From: a virus
DNA length: 64,000 nucleotides
Strand: one strand, 5' to 3'
IMG/VR virus record: IMGVR_UViG_3300008267_000018
Coordinates: 1 to 64,000 of that record
Position numbers and translations under genes: made by a program. A model generated the notes under the pieces. The model did no database searches and had not been told where the DNA came from. It worked only from the letters and a program-made list of their open reading frames with translations. Below are positions 44,124 through 54,334 of this stretch, piece by piece (the first letter of the stretch is position 1; the number at the start of each line of letters is the position of its first letter).

Positions 44124-47105
44124 ATGGCGTTAGCACCGGCCGATTTTTACGCATACAGCCGTGCCACTGGGACTCCATACCCAGAAGATCCGCAGGAAAG
44201 GGCTGAAATGGCCCCTGCTGTAGCCGAATTCCGCCGTAATCAACTCAAAGCACCTCAACAGGAGTCAAATCTACTTGCCACCATTGGTGCCGCAGCCCTG
44301 GGCCTTGGTGCATTAGCTGGTGGTGCGTATGGTGCCAGGCGTTTGTTCAAAGCTCCCCAAGGAGTGCGGGAAGCGGGGCGCAAAATCACTGATCTTCCCA
44401 GTGCCGAAGCTGTTTTACAGAGGGCTGCTGAGCCCTACAAACTCGCAGATACCACCCCACCTCCCTCTAAAACTGCAATTCCCCAAGCTACGGTTGATTT
44501 AACAACTATCCAGGAAACTCAAAAGCCTGCTGTTGTCAAACAACAGGTAGAAGCAAACGACACTGGAGCAGATCAACTGACTGGCCGTGTTGATCAACAG
44601 ATGCAACGTGATACAGACTTTGTCAAATTTAGTCGTCAAGCAGATGTTGTTGCGGAACGCAATGCACGCTTGCGTACGGCTGCAGATCAAATCTGGGGAT
44701 TTGAAGAAGAGCTTGAAGAAGCTGGTAAACGCTACCAAGCCTATCGCGCTGGTCAATCACAGTTCCGTCCGTCCGTTGCAGACTTAACTGGGTCGTTGAA
44801 CATAAAGGGTAAGGATGTTGTATTTAGCAATCAACTTGAAAGAACACAGGCTGCCCTTGGCTTGACACCTAAAGCTGCTAATGCTCAGATCAGGGATCGC
44901 ATTATGGCCATAGCATCTGCTTCTGAGGAAGAAGCTGCACGTTTAATGGATCCAAACGTACCAGTTTCTGAATTGCGTACATTAATGGGTACGACCAAAC
45001 GACTCAACCCAACAATGGAGGTACGCGGCCAGGGACAGATGGGTCCTACAGACTATGAAAACTTCCAAACCAAACGTCTTGCTGAACTTGCAGGCGAAGA
45101 AGTTGCCCAGAAATTCCTGGAGGAACGTCTAGGTACTGGTGCGACATTGACCGGCATGCGTGAAGTGAATAATCCGGAATATACGGACATCATGTTTAAT
45201 GAGTTTATTCCTCATTGGGATGAGCTTGCTGAACAAGGCGCTTTAAAGCCACGCAATACCACTGTCACTGCAGAAGACGTTGAGCGTTATGGGTTGCCTC
45301 CAGAACGGATGCATTCCAATATGTCTTTCTTTGAACGCAAAAATCTGGAACAACAAATTGATCCTGATTATGACAAAGGCGGCACTGGGCTTTATCTAAG
45401 TGAGTTTGCAGATGCCATTGGCTTATCCAAAATTCCCCAAACAATTATCGAGGGGCAACTTGGTAAACCTTTAACCGAAACACTTGGATCAAAAGAACAA
45501 TCCAACAAAGGCACTACTTTTATCCCTGGTCGAGTACAAGAAGCCGAGGGGAACGTAGAGGGCTCCTTGCGCCAATTACGTGAAATTGACGAAGCAATTC
45601 CTGTGCGTGCAACCAGGGCAGGCGAAGAAAGTACCGGTGTATTTGCCACCAGTGATCCCGAGCGTCCTTTCCGTCTTGTTGGCGAAGGTCGCCGGGAACG
45701 CAACAAAATTACCAGCGAAGATATTAATGCACAATCAACTCGCTTACGTGGTGGTTATGAAATGCCGGAAGCTACGCCCTTCTTCCAGACAGGCGGTAAC
45801 GTCGAAGTAAAACTTGACGACAAGGGTTTCATGACTCCTGTTGTAGTCAATGAAAGGGGCGGCAGAACTTTAATTACAAACTTAAATCAAGCAACAAACA
45901 CACTCGGTGTCGCAGGTACGCACAAACCAGGCGAAGAAATTCTGCGCATTCAACCTTACATGATGCAGCGCACTGTAGAAGAAGGTGGGCAGCAATTGAC
46001 TATCAAACAGCCCCTTTATGGAACTCTTCAGCAACGTACCGCTACAGGCCTAAAACCTGCCGCTGTAAGCAAAGCTGAAGTCCAAGGGATTGCCTCTGGC
46101 GCAGCTGAAAAATGGAATGGATCCGTCAATAACCGTGTTGATTGGCTTGCGCAAAATGAACCAGGGTATCTAGAGGAGAAAGGGTACGTCTTAGCTCAAC
46201 AGCAAATCCCTGGAACCCAACGCGTTAAAAATGTTGTTGTAGCGTCCCCCTTGAAGGCAGATCCAAATCTTGGCGAACCTTATCACTACACAGGTTTTAT
46301 TGCAGAACAGGTGCATACCAACCTAAAACAAAAAGGACTTGACTTACCGGTATTGCAAGATCCTTCTGCTAAACATCAATTTATTACTGACGTTACAAAT
46401 GTAACGACAGAGCGTGCGGTGTATGGCAAAAACAAAGCCAAAGAGTCTATCTTGATTCCTGGTCGCGTTGCTCAAAAAGGATTAAGTGGTATTGATCCAA
46501 TGCAATTTGAAGATGCAGGAGAGAGTGCAGGGGGTGTTGCTTTCTACACTCCTCGCGTTGATACCATCTCACAAAGAAAAACAGGTGATCAACCAGAGGC
46601 TCGAATTCTTCCTGCCGCTCTTGAATCTGGTGTTGGCCGAACTCAAGAAGAAGTACAAAACACGTTGATGATGCAAGCGGCTAATCGCAAAGAAATGCTG
46701 GAAGCAGCGCGTCTTACTCCTGGCGGCCGAATTAACCGTGAAGCCCTGGGCAGCGAGAGCGACATTCTCAATAAGTATGGCGTTTCTTCAGCTAAGTTAA
46801 TGCAAGAAGCAAATGCTCAAATGTCTCGTTCTCAGCAGTTTGTTAATCAATTACCTCAAGCGCAACGCGCTTTGGCTGAGCAACAACAAAATGCCGTTGC
46901 AGCGCAAGAAACCGCAGATGCAGTAGCCCGGCATATTGGTAACTATATTTCTGCGGCTACTCAACGGATTGACGACCCCCTCTCCTGGAAAGGCGATGTT
47001 AAACTCAAAGGAGTAGGGCAAAACGCATTACGTCCTTATACCAAACCTTCAGAGGGAATGGTTCAGGCTTTAATTAATATGTCTCGTAGTCGAGGTCAAT
47101 TATGA
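44124..47105 (+). CDS. Large putative internal virion (ejection) protein
   Basis: 993 aa, Cys-free, Gln/Glu/Ala-rich, early glycine-zipper segment; first gene of the late arm. Confidence 0.55.
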   Translation: MALAPADFYAYSRATGTPYPEDPQERAEMAPAVAEFRRNQLKAPQQESNLLATIGAAALGLGALAGGAYGARRLFKAPQGVREAGRKITDLPSAEAVLQRAAEPYKLADTTPPPSKTAIPQATVDLTTIQETQKPAVVKQQVEANDTGADQLTGRVDQQMQRDTDFVKFSRQADVVAERNARLRTAADQIWGFEEELEEAGKRYQAYRAGQSQFRPSVADLTGSLNIKGKDVVFSNQLERTQAALGLTPKAANAQIRDRIMAIASASEEEAARLMDPNVPVSELRTLMGTTKRLNPTMEVRGQGQMGPTDYENFQTKRLAELAGEEVAQKFLEERLGTGATLTGMREVNNPEYTDIMFNEFIPHWDELAEQGALKPRNTTVTAEDVERYGLPPERMHSNMSFFERKNLEQQIDPDYDKGGTGLYLSEFADAIGLSKIPQTIIEGQLGKPLTETLGSKEQSNKGTTFIPGRVQEAEGNVEGSLRQLREIDEAIPVRATRAGEESTGVFATSDPERPFRLVGEGRRERNKITSEDINAQSTRLRGGYEMPEATPFFQTGGNVEVKLDDKGFMTPVVVNERGGRTLITNLNQATNTLGVAGTHKPGEEILRIQPYMMQRTVEEGGQQLTIKQPLYGTLQQRTATGLKPAAVSKAEVQGIASGAAEKWNGSVNNRVDWLAQNEPGYLEEKGYVLAQQQIPGTQRVKNVVVASPLKADPNLGEPYHYTGFIAEQVHTNLKQKGLDLPVLQDPSAKHQFITDVTNVTTERAVYGKNKAKESILIPGRVAQKGLSGIDPMQFEDAGESAGGVAFYTPRVDTISQRKTGDQPEARILPAALESGVGRTQEEVQNTLMMQAANRKEMLEAARLTPGGRINREALGSESDILNKYGVSSAKLMQEANAQMSRSQQFVNQLPQAQRALAEQQQNAVAAQETADAVARHIGNYISAATQRIDDPLSWKGDVKLKGVGQNALRPYTKPSEGMVQALINMSRSRGQL

Positions 47106-47326
47106 CAAAAGAAAAAAAGAAAGATAAAAAGTGGATTCAAGGCGCTGATATCAAGGAAGGCGCCTTTACTGCCAAAGCTAAACGTAAAGGTATTACCTCT
47201 GCTCAGCTCCAAGAGAACGTATTATCTGATCCAGACAAGTACGATGACAAAACCGTCAAGCAAGCGCGGTTGCGTCAAACCTTGGTAGGATTACATAAGA
47301 AGAAAAAAGAAAAAACCGAAGATTGA
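47102..47326 (+). CDS. Small basic protein
   Basis: KWIQGADIKEGAFTAKAKRKG..KQARLRQTL. Confidence 0.65.
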   Translation: MTKEKKKDKKWIQGADIKEGAFTAKAKRKGITSAQLQENVLSDPDKYDDKTVKQARLRQTLVGLHKKKKEKTED

Positions 47327-47871
47327 TGGCTAGAGATTCACGCCTGGAACTAGATCGTTATATTGATTACGCTAAGGATCCGTTTACAAAAAAACGGCAG
47401 CTTAACTTTGACGAGCTATTTCAATCCCCATCAAGCGAAGGCCAATATCCCTGGAACCCCTCTCGCTTTACACAAAGCGATTTACTGCGCAAAATGATGA
47501 CGCGCAAACTTCAACTCAACCCTGGGCTGAACTTTGTTGGTAGTAGCGCAGAAGAGTACGAAGTCTTTGCCAATATCGGCAGGTTTAAACGTGTTGATGA
47601 CTATGATTTCCAAAACGGCAGGGCATTAACACCTCAGCGTCCAGAAGACCAACCCGGCTTTAACGACCTTTGGATGAGCGTTTATCAACTCAGCCCTACC
47701 ATTCCTGGAGAGAAGAAAGCAAAAAATCCAATGCCACGTGCTTCTAACCCAGATCCCAAAGGGCTGCTAATGCAAGCAGCAGAAAGCCGCGTAGATAATG
47801 AAGTCAGTGGAAATACTTCTGTTGCAGAATTACTAAGTAAATCCAAAACACCCGGTGAAGAAAAAGCCTAG
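47323..47871 (+). CDS. Hypothetical protein
   Basis: 182 aa. Confidence 0.6.
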   Translation: MMARDSRLELDRYIDYAKDPFTKKRQLNFDELFQSPSSEGQYPWNPSRFTQSDLLRKMMTRKLQLNPGLNFVGSSAEEYEVFANIGRFKRVDDYDFQNGRALTPQRPEDQPGFNDLWMSVYQLSPTIPGEKKAKNPMPRASNPDPKGLLMQAAESRVDNEVSGNTSVAELLSKSKTPGEEKA

Positions 47872-47912
47872 AAATAGGTTGAGTACAATAAAGAAAAGAA
47901 TTTAACAATACA

Positions 47913-48497
47913 GTGAGATTAGCCGGCGTTGCTAAAGGATTAACCAGGGCAGATCTCAAGTCTGTTGCTGGTAGCGTTGGTACCGGCAGTGCACTTGCTG
48001 GTGGTTTTGGTTTAATGGCAGGTGGGCCGGCCTTAGGTGCCGCATCTGCTGTAGCTGATTTTGCCTTAGCGTATCCCTTAACTCTGGCAGCAAGGGCTGC
48101 AAGGCCTGGTAAAACCCGCACCGTAATTAACGAAGCCGGAAAGCAAGTTACCGAACATGTACCTTCAAGGTTGGAGGGAGCGGCCAACTTAATTGGCTCT
48201 GTTGTTTCTCCGTTAGTTGCCGACGTAGCCATGGGTGGTGGTATGGCACGGCAAGTAGAACCTACGGCCACGTCACAAGATCAAACGATCATGCATCAAA
48301 TGATGCAACGTGCCGCCGTAAATGATATGCAACTTCCGCAAGAAGTGGCGCCTTACACTCAGTTTCAAACCGCCGGCTTACCTAATCGCAATCAATTTCT
48401 CAATGACTACATCTACCCACCCGTAGCGGGTACAGAAGTTGAGCTTCCTGATGTTGTGAAACGTGCATTACAACGCACTGGATTGGAGCTGGGCTAA
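47913..48497 (+). CDS. Putative virion protein with Gly/Ala hydrophobic segments
   Basis: 194 aa. Confidence 0.55.
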   Translation: MRLAGVAKGLTRADLKSVAGSVGTGSALAGGFGLMAGGPALGAASAVADFALAYPLTLAARAARPGKTRTVINEAGKQVTEHVPSRLEGAANLIGSVVSPLVADVAMGGGMARQVEPTATSQDQTIMHQMMQRAAVNDMQLPQEVAPYTQFQTAGLPNRNQFLNDYIYPPVAGTEVELPDVVKRALQRTGLELG

Positions 48498-49432
48498 TGG
48501 GCGCACTACAAGGCCTCCGCAATATTGGCAGTGATATTTCAACAGGTATTAAAACTGTTGAGCAACTGCAGAGGAAATTTGACAAAGATACATTGTCCGC
48601 AGTGCCAGGCGTTAATCGTCTAGCGAGCGCCCCTTCTTTTAATCAGGCACTTGCCGCAGAAGGTATTACTGCACGTCAAACGCCTGTCCAATTTGCTGGT
48701 GCTTATGCAGCACGTGTTGCCACTGATCTAACCAATGACGGCACACGGATGCTGTTTTGGCGGTACAACCATCCCAATGCAATTGCCGATGCCATTGGTG
48801 GTGCAGCCATTGGTAAGAAAGCTGCACAAGAGATGGGTCCTCTTAAGACAGGTCTTATCAACCTCGCCGCCCTTGGCCCAGGTATTGCAGTTGCTGGCGC
48901 ATATGATCTGACCAATGTTGGTGAGATGTTTAGGCCAAAGGGTTTTGCTCAGACCTATTCACCAGAAGGTACGGATGATCGTCGTCAAACTGAACAACCT
49001 TTACAAGAGGGATTTGAGCGCTTGTTCCTGGGACGTACTGGGCAACCACTTAAGTACGAGACTGCAAAACAAGAGATTCCAGACTTGACACCTGAACGTT
49101 ATGGTAACTTCATGCGTTCTTATTACCAAGATCGTGGTTTCCTTGGCATTGCCAAAGCAACTACCGAGAACTTGCAGGGTGATCCAGAACTTCGTATTCT
49201 GAACTATCCCATTACAATTCCTTCCGCTCTTGGTGTTCTTGGTGGTGCTGGCGCCGCAGGCGTAGCTGCACGTTCTACACAAGGTCCTGGGCGCTTCCGT
49301 AAGTCAGCTGTTGCAGGTCTTGCCGGTTCTCTTGGTGGTATTCTTACCGGCAATGTTGTCAACGAAGTCATTGCCGCTGGTAATCGCCCAAGGCTGCCTA
49401 CAACTACTGAATACGAAAGTATGCAGTACTGA
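48497..49432 (+). CDS. Putative virion protein with glycine-zipper segments
   Basis: 311 aa; TAATG coupling. Confidence 0.6.
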   Translation: MGALQGLRNIGSDISTGIKTVEQLQRKFDKDTLSAVPGVNRLASAPSFNQALAAEGITARQTPVQFAGAYAARVATDLTNDGTRMLFWRYNHPNAIADAIGGAAIGKKAAQEMGPLKTGLINLAALGPGIAVAGAYDLTNVGEMFRPKGFAQTYSPEGTDDRRQTEQPLQEGFERLFLGRTGQPLKYETAKQEIPDLTPERYGNFMRSYYQDRGFLGIAKATTENLQGDPELRILNYPITIPSALGVLGGAGAAGVAARSTQGPGRFRKSAVAGLAGSLGGILTGNVVNEVIAAGNRPRLPTTTEYESMQY

Positions 49433-49464
49433 TAGAATCTATTTTATAAGAAACATTTTTAATA

Positions 49465-50316
49465 ATGGCCGTATATTCAGACCCCTGGTCGTCGCCTGTA
49501 CAGGCTCCTTATAGTACGTTAAATTACAATATTGGGACTACGCCTACCCCTCAATCTTTTGCGGCACAGGCGCGTGAACAAATTAAAGAAAAAATGCAGA
49601 GCGGCAGGCAAGCTGTTCAAGGAGCTGTTCAACAAGGTGGTGAACTTCTTCAAGGGCTGGCTAATCGTCCCGGCCTTGGGCGTGCAGCATTCCTTGGTGG
49701 AATGGTTCCAGGTGCAATGACCGCTGCATCGGAAGCTGCTTCAGGGCGTGCGCTAGGTGCAGGCGTAGCTCTTGGTGCAGGAGCACTTACTGCAGGATTA
49801 GGCACCGCTCTATTGAAAGCTCCTAACCCACTTGCAAAACTTGCCGGTGGTGCATTGATGCTTGGCGGCACGGTCATTCCTGGCATGGCTGCTACTGGTG
49901 CAGAAGCTGTTCGCCAAGAAGTAACTGGTCGTCCAACAGAAGGTAAAGAAGGTGACTTCCAAACTGAAGTTGCCCGCCGTCGTCAACTTGCAGGTGTAGA
50001 CCTTGAGTTAGGTCGCAACGAATTAGGAATGCGCACTGATAACATCGTTGACCTTACTCAACGTTTAAATGCTGTAGATATTGAACAACAAAAAGCTCAA
50101 TATCCCATTCTTGCCAAGATGAAGAACGATGAGCTAACTCGTTCTCAAGCAATGCTCAACTCCCAGAACAATGCTTACATGCAGCAGATGGTTCTTGGGA
50201 CGGCCAGCAACCTTGTCCTGGATGCTCAGCGGGAGCGTGGCGCACTTGCACGTCAATACATCGCTTCTAGCCCCTACAACGTCGTACTAGCGGCTCCTAA
50301 CGTTTCGATTGGTTGA
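49465..50316 (+). CDS. Putative pilot/ejection protein
   Basis: Glycine-zipper region followed by a Gln-rich coiled coil. Confidence 0.55.
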   Translation: MAVYSDPWSSPVQAPYSTLNYNIGTTPTPQSFAAQAREQIKEKMQSGRQAVQGAVQQGGELLQGLANRPGLGRAAFLGGMVPGAMTAASEAASGRALGAGVALGAGALTAGLGTALLKAPNPLAKLAGGALMLGGTVIPGMAATGAEAVRQEVTGRPTEGKEGDFQTEVARRRQLAGVDLELGRNELGMRTDNIVDLTQRLNAVDIEQQKAQYPILAKMKNDELTRSQAMLNSQNNAYMQQMVLGTASNLVLDAQRERGALARQYIASSPYNVVLAAPNVSIG

Positions 50317-50318
50317 TC

Positions 50319-50783
50319 ATGGCATACTCCTTTGATCCCAAAGCACCTTTCTTAGGTGGTATTGCAGGACTTAATTCCCCTGGCTCTAGTGGCACACCTG
50401 ATTCTGCTTTTGGTGGAATGTTAAATGTAGCTCCGTTAACTCCTGGTTTTACTGGTGCTCAAGCGGGAGCTAGCTTACCAGAAGGCGTGGATCCTAATCT
50501 GGGTTTCTTGATGAATTGGCAACAACAACAACAAGAACAAACAAGGAGAGAAAGTAAGCAAGATTTGGCAGAGATAATGGCACAACGAGAAAAAGAATTT
50601 GAAAAAGCAGCAACATACAAAACGCTTTCTCAAATTCCAAATACAATTGCGTCCATTGGTCAAGGTCTTGCTGCAACTTTGTATAACCCAGCAAGTGTTG
50701 AGATTGCGTCCAGAACTCCTGGATTACTAGCTGGCGTTTATGGACAAGCCATTGGTAGTGCCCGTCAAAAATATATCAGCTAG
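50319..50783 (+). CDS. Hypothetical late protein
   Basis: Poly-Q coiled coil. Confidence 0.55.
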   Translation: MAYSFDPKAPFLGGIAGLNSPGSSGTPDSAFGGMLNVAPLTPGFTGAQAGASLPEGVDPNLGFLMNWQQQQQEQTRRESKQDLAEIMAQREKEFEKAATYKTLSQIPNTIASIGQGLAATLYNPASVEIASRTPGLLAGVYGQAIGSARQKYIS

Positions 50784-50885
50784 GTATAATAAAGCTAATG
50801 ACGTATTCATTGCCGCCAACATTAACACAAAGGCCGTTTGATACCGCGTCTTCTTTTTCTACCAATCACCAAGCCAGCAGGTGCC

Positions 50886-51266
50886 ATGGATCCCGGAACA
50901 GCTACTTTAATTGGAGGTGGTATCTCCGCTCTTGGCAGCGGGGCAAGTGCTATTGGCGGTAAAAATGCAGGGAACCAAGCACGGGCTGCTGCTCGTGAGC
51001 AAGCTGCAGCAGTACAAGCCGCAGGACGTGAAGTTCCTCTTGTAAATTTTGGTCTTGATGTAGCCGGTAAAAAATTCGATACTTTATTTGGTGGTCCAGC
51101 GGACCGTTTTAATCTTGCTCAAGATACTGCACTGCAAGGAGCCTTAGCAACTGATCCAGGCTCTTATGGCTCCATCGAAGCACGTAGACAACAACTGCTT
51201 CGAAATCAAGAGTTATTTGGTGCACGCACCCCTGGTTATGGAGCCGCCTTTAGCAGGTTTGTGTAA
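50886..51266 (+). CDS. Putative pilot/ejection-type protein
   Basis: MDPGTATLIGGGISALGSGASAIGG..QARAAAREQA, typical of DNA-transfer protein N-termini; start uncertain. Confidence 0.55.
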   Translation: MDPGTATLIGGGISALGSGASAIGGKNAGNQARAAAREQAAAVQAAGREVPLVNFGLDVAGKKFDTLFGGPADRFNLAQDTALQGALATDPGSYGSIEARRQQLLRNQELFGARTPGYGAAFSRFV

Positions 51267-51295
51267 ACTAAAATAAGTTCAACGCAGTAAGTAAA

Positions 51296-51961
51296 ATGCC
51301 AAAAAATAAAGAAAATAGCGATATCTATAGCGGCATTTTTGGCGCAGATAAATCTTCTATGCCAAGTCCGACTGGCGAACAATTTGAGAATTTAACAAAT
51401 GCATTAAGAGCATCTTCAGCTGGCTTAGGCGGCGGTGGGAGTGGTTCAATGCTCGGCGTGCGGGAGGCCCAAAAAAGTCTTGGTGATCTCTCAAGGGTTT
51501 ATCGTAAGTTTGGTAAAAACATAGGAGATTTTGAATCATATTTAAGTAGTGCAGTTCAGCGGGGAACACTAGCTCCTGAATTAGCCGAACAATCTTATTT
51601 AAACGCTGCAATGTTTTCTAATGCCAAGAAACCATTAGAAGGAGCAGAAAGGCTTGGGACAATGGAGCAAGGTTTTGTTGATCCCAAAAAATATGAAAGG
51701 TATCAACCTTTTATGCAGCTAAATGCTCAACAACTTTTGGGGCGTAATTTGAGTGCCAACGAAATGAATGCATATACAGAAGCTTTCCGTGGAATGGGAA
51801 TCTACAAACCTGCAGATGTTTCTGCTGCTTTTGGTAATATGCTTATGACTACTCCGGAAGCCAGGAGTCGTGAAGTCGTAGTAGATAAAGACTTGTTTAA
51901 AGACAAAACAAAAACTACAGACGAGCTTCTTGCCATGAAACAATCGTTCTTAAATTCTTAA
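51296..51961 (+). CDS. Hypothetical late protein
   Basis: 221 aa. Confidence 0.6.
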   Translation: MPKNKENSDIYSGIFGADKSSMPSPTGEQFENLTNALRASSAGLGGGGSGSMLGVREAQKSLGDLSRVYRKFGKNIGDFESYLSSAVQRGTLAPELAEQSYLNAAMFSNAKKPLEGAERLGTMEQGFVDPKKYERYQPFMQLNAQQLLGRNLSANEMNAYTEAFRGMGIYKPADVSAAFGNMLMTTPEARSREVVVDKDLFKDKTKTTDELLAMKQSFLNS

Positions 51962-51985
51962 TTTATAATATAAAAAAAGATAGTC

Positions 51986-52696
51986 ATGCCGCAATCTAGA
52001 CAGGAAAAAGAAAGGGCTCAAAAACTTCTCGAAAGTTTTGGTGCCAATATCAGTAAAAACGAATTAAAACGATTTGAAGATAAAGGATTTTCTGTCAATA
52101 AAGCTCAGAATTATGCCCAAAATCAAGGAGGTGTGCGTCTCGGTGATAATGCGCGTGACTATGTTAAGGCCGGGGGAGCGTCTAGTGCACAAACAACAGT
52201 GACACCTGACCCTGATCTTGATCCAATTGTAACTAACGATTTTGTTGATTTTCAGGGACGCACAATGTCCCGCGATCAATTTAATGTTGAATCTGAAGCA
52301 TATATTAGAAATTTGCAAGGCGGTATTGATAAAGAGCTGGAAATTTTACGAGGTTCAAGTAATGAAAATATTGCAGGGATTCAAGCTGGGGCTCAAACAT
52401 TTGGTTACGCTGCAGATGAACGGGCACGCAAATATGTAGCAGATCGTGCAGGAATAACTGCAGAAAACGTTGAAAATATCCGCGCTAAAAACAATCTTGA
52501 TCTTCAATCAATTGTTAATGCCGGTTTAAAAGATGTTGCAAATATTCAAGGAGAAACTTCACGAGATGTAGAAAAAACTCGTGGTGAGTTTGGCTTGAAA
52601 CAGGAAGAAACTCGTCAAGCGGGTGGGCGCGATATTGCACGTATTGCAGGAAGGGCTGGTATCTACCAAGGTTTAATGGGAGCTTTTAATTTCTAA
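51986..52696 (+). CDS. Putative coiled-coil ejection protein
   Basis: 11-residue-periodicity repeats (ENIAGIQ / ENVENIR / DVANIQ / DIARIA). Confidence 0.55.
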   Translation: MPQSRQEKERAQKLLESFGANISKNELKRFEDKGFSVNKAQNYAQNQGGVRLGDNARDYVKAGGASSAQTTVTPDPDLDPIVTNDFVDFQGRTMSRDQFNVESEAYIRNLQGGIDKELEILRGSSNENIAGIQAGAQTFGYAADERARKYVADRAGITAENVENIRAKNNLDLQSIVNAGLKDVANIQGETSRDVEKTRGEFGLKQEETRQAGGRDIARIAGRAGIYQGLMGAFNF

Positions 52697-52751
52697 TTGT
52701 TATAATTAAAAAATAGCTTTTGCTATACTTTAAGAAACACTGTAGGTAAAC

Positions 52752-53006
52752 ATGGCCTATTCCGATACTATTGCTGGTATCAATGCCGCCCTTGCACGCG
52801 GCGAAATTGATGCCGCAACTGCAACCGCTCTCAAGAAGCAAGCTGCCGAAGGTGAGTATGGTACTAAATCTTTTGACATCGGTGAATTCGAAGGCCTCCT
52901 GGGCCGCCTGGAAGGTTCCAAGATGCGTCAGAAGCGCCAAGAGAGTGTTGAGGGCCGCCGTGGCACCATGACACAAGGTCTTGCTAGCATGATGAGCAAC
53001 TTCTGA
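52752..53006 (+). CDS. Hypothetical late protein
   Basis: 84 aa; AGGT RBS; biased codon usage. Confidence 0.65.
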   Translation: MAYSDTIAGINAALARGEIDAATATALKKQAAEGEYGTKSFDIGEFEGLLGRLEGSKMRQKRQESVEGRRGTMTQGLASMMSNF

Positions 53007-53008
53007 TA

Positions 53009-53179
53009 ATGCAAACTTCTGCCGATCCCAAGGCTCAGCCTACCGAGGGTGCAGATTTAAATCTGTACAAAAAGGCGGCAGAAGTTGCTTATCAATTTGC
53101 CAAGAAACGTTCTGAAAAAGAACCTGAAACAACCGAAGATACTTTCGGCGCAAACGATACAAAAGAACCAAGGCAGTAG
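53009..53179 (+). CDS. 56-aa hypothetical protein (not in ORF track)
   Basis: MQTSADPKAQPTEGADLNLYKKAAEVAYQFAKK.. fills the intergenic gap exactly. Confidence 0.55.
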   Translation: MQTSADPKAQPTEGADLNLYKKAAEVAYQFAKKRSEKEPETTEDTFGANDTKEPRQ

Positions 53180-53184
53180 CTTAA

Positions 53185-53466
53185 ATGAACAGTTTTATTA
53201 ACACTGGTTCGGATTACGCCGATGATCCGTATTCTCTTCTATTTGATGAAGAGAAAGCCAAGAAAGCTGCTGCTGCTGCTAAGATCTTCCAAGATGTCTC
53301 CGTTGGTTCTTCCAAGGAGAAAATGAAGGAACAAGGAGCACAAGAACGTGAAACCATCACGCGAGGAGCAACAGAGCAGCGTCAGTCCGCTGAACAAGCC
53401 CAGGAGTTCGGCGAGAGGGACGAAGCACGCGATTACTCCCAGGCCCAGCGAGCTTATCGATATTGA
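53185..53466 (+). CDS. Hypothetical late protein
   Basis: 93 aa. Confidence 0.6.
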   Translation: MNSFINTGSDYADDPYSLLFDEEKAKKAAAAAKIFQDVSVGSSKEKMKEQGAQERETITRGATEQRQSAEQAQEFGERDEARDYSQAQRAYRY

Positions 53467-53953
53467 GGTTTTTAAAACCTGGATCGATAATCTGGACAGT
53501 GCATCCGAAGAGGCTTACCTTTCTTTCTGCAAGGATAACAATTCTGTTATTGAATGCTTCCTCTATGCCAGATTCCTTGGCTATGAAGGGAGCATTGTTG
53601 CGTGTGACCTATGGGTAAACAGCGAGTTTGAAAAGCCTGATCATAGAAAAGTTCTTCTCAATGAAATTGAGGAGATGCAGGAAGATATTCGAAAGTTACG
53701 ACAAGCTGTTGAGGATGATATCGTCAAGCGAGATGCGGGTGTCGCCAGGATCGCCAGCATGCAAAAAGAGCTTCGTGGAACTATTGCTCAATTAGATCTC
53801 TTCACCTCTTCTAGGGATCGCAAGGGCTTACTGATGGCTGGCGCTGATCGCGCTATTCGTGAGTTAGTATTTATCTTCAAAGATGATCCTATTGAAATCC
53901 CCTTGCACGAAGCATCGATGAGCGTATGGGCTCGCATGCAACTCGAAGAGTAG
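53348..53953 (+). CDS. Putative terminase small subunit
   Basis: Helical 201-aa ORF just upstream of TerL; positional inference. Confidence 0.45.
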   Translation: MKPSREEQQSSVSPLNKPRSSARGTKHAITPRPSELIDIEVFKTWIDNLDSASEEAYLSFCKDNNSVIECFLYARFLGYEGSIVACDLWVNSEFEKPDHRKVLLNEIEEMQEDIRKLRQAVEDDIVKRDAGVARIASMQKELRGTIAQLDLFTSSRDRKGLLMAGADRAIRELVFIFKDDPIEIPLHEASMSVWARMQLEE

Positions 53954-53983
53954 TACTCTTAAAATAAACAAAAGACCAAAACA

Positions 53984-54283
53984 ATGTCTGCTTCTACAGA
54001 TATCCCTGATCTTGCTGGGCGTATGCCAAGCATCGTTCGCAACCTTCAACGGGAACGCATGGGTCTTGGCCCTACCCAGAACGTTGCTGGCGCTAGTGAT
54101 ATCGCTAGTACAGCTAAAGCAATGTTTGGTACTACCCCACCAGATACCGAGGTAAATGGCAAACAAAATGCCCCCGCAGCTCCTGGCACACTTCAAGAAG
54201 ACCGAAGCGAAGAAGGAGGACGGCTCGCAGATGAACGACAAGGAAAAACACAAGGCCGCCTTGGAAAAAGCACGCAAGTTTAA
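53984..54283 (+). CDS. Hypothetical protein
   Basis: TAAAATAAA upstream; overlaps the next ORF. Confidence 0.45.
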   Translation: MSASTDIPDLAGRMPSIVRNLQRERMGLGPTQNVAGASDIASTAKAMFGTTPPDTEVNGKQNAPAAPGTLQEDRSEEGGRLADERQGKTQGRLGKSTQV

Positions 54284-54305
54284 AGAGTCACGTTCTAAGA
54301 AATAA
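54156..54305 (+). CDS. 49-aa basic protein (not in ORF track)
   Basis: GAGG RBS; MANKMPPQLLAHFKKTEAKK..KAALEKARKFKESRSKK. Confidence 0.55.
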   Translation: MANKMPPQLLAHFKKTEAKKEDGSQMNDKEKHKAALEKARKFKESRSKK

Positions 54306-54334
54306 GTTAGTATTAACTTAATTGCAAACATAGA

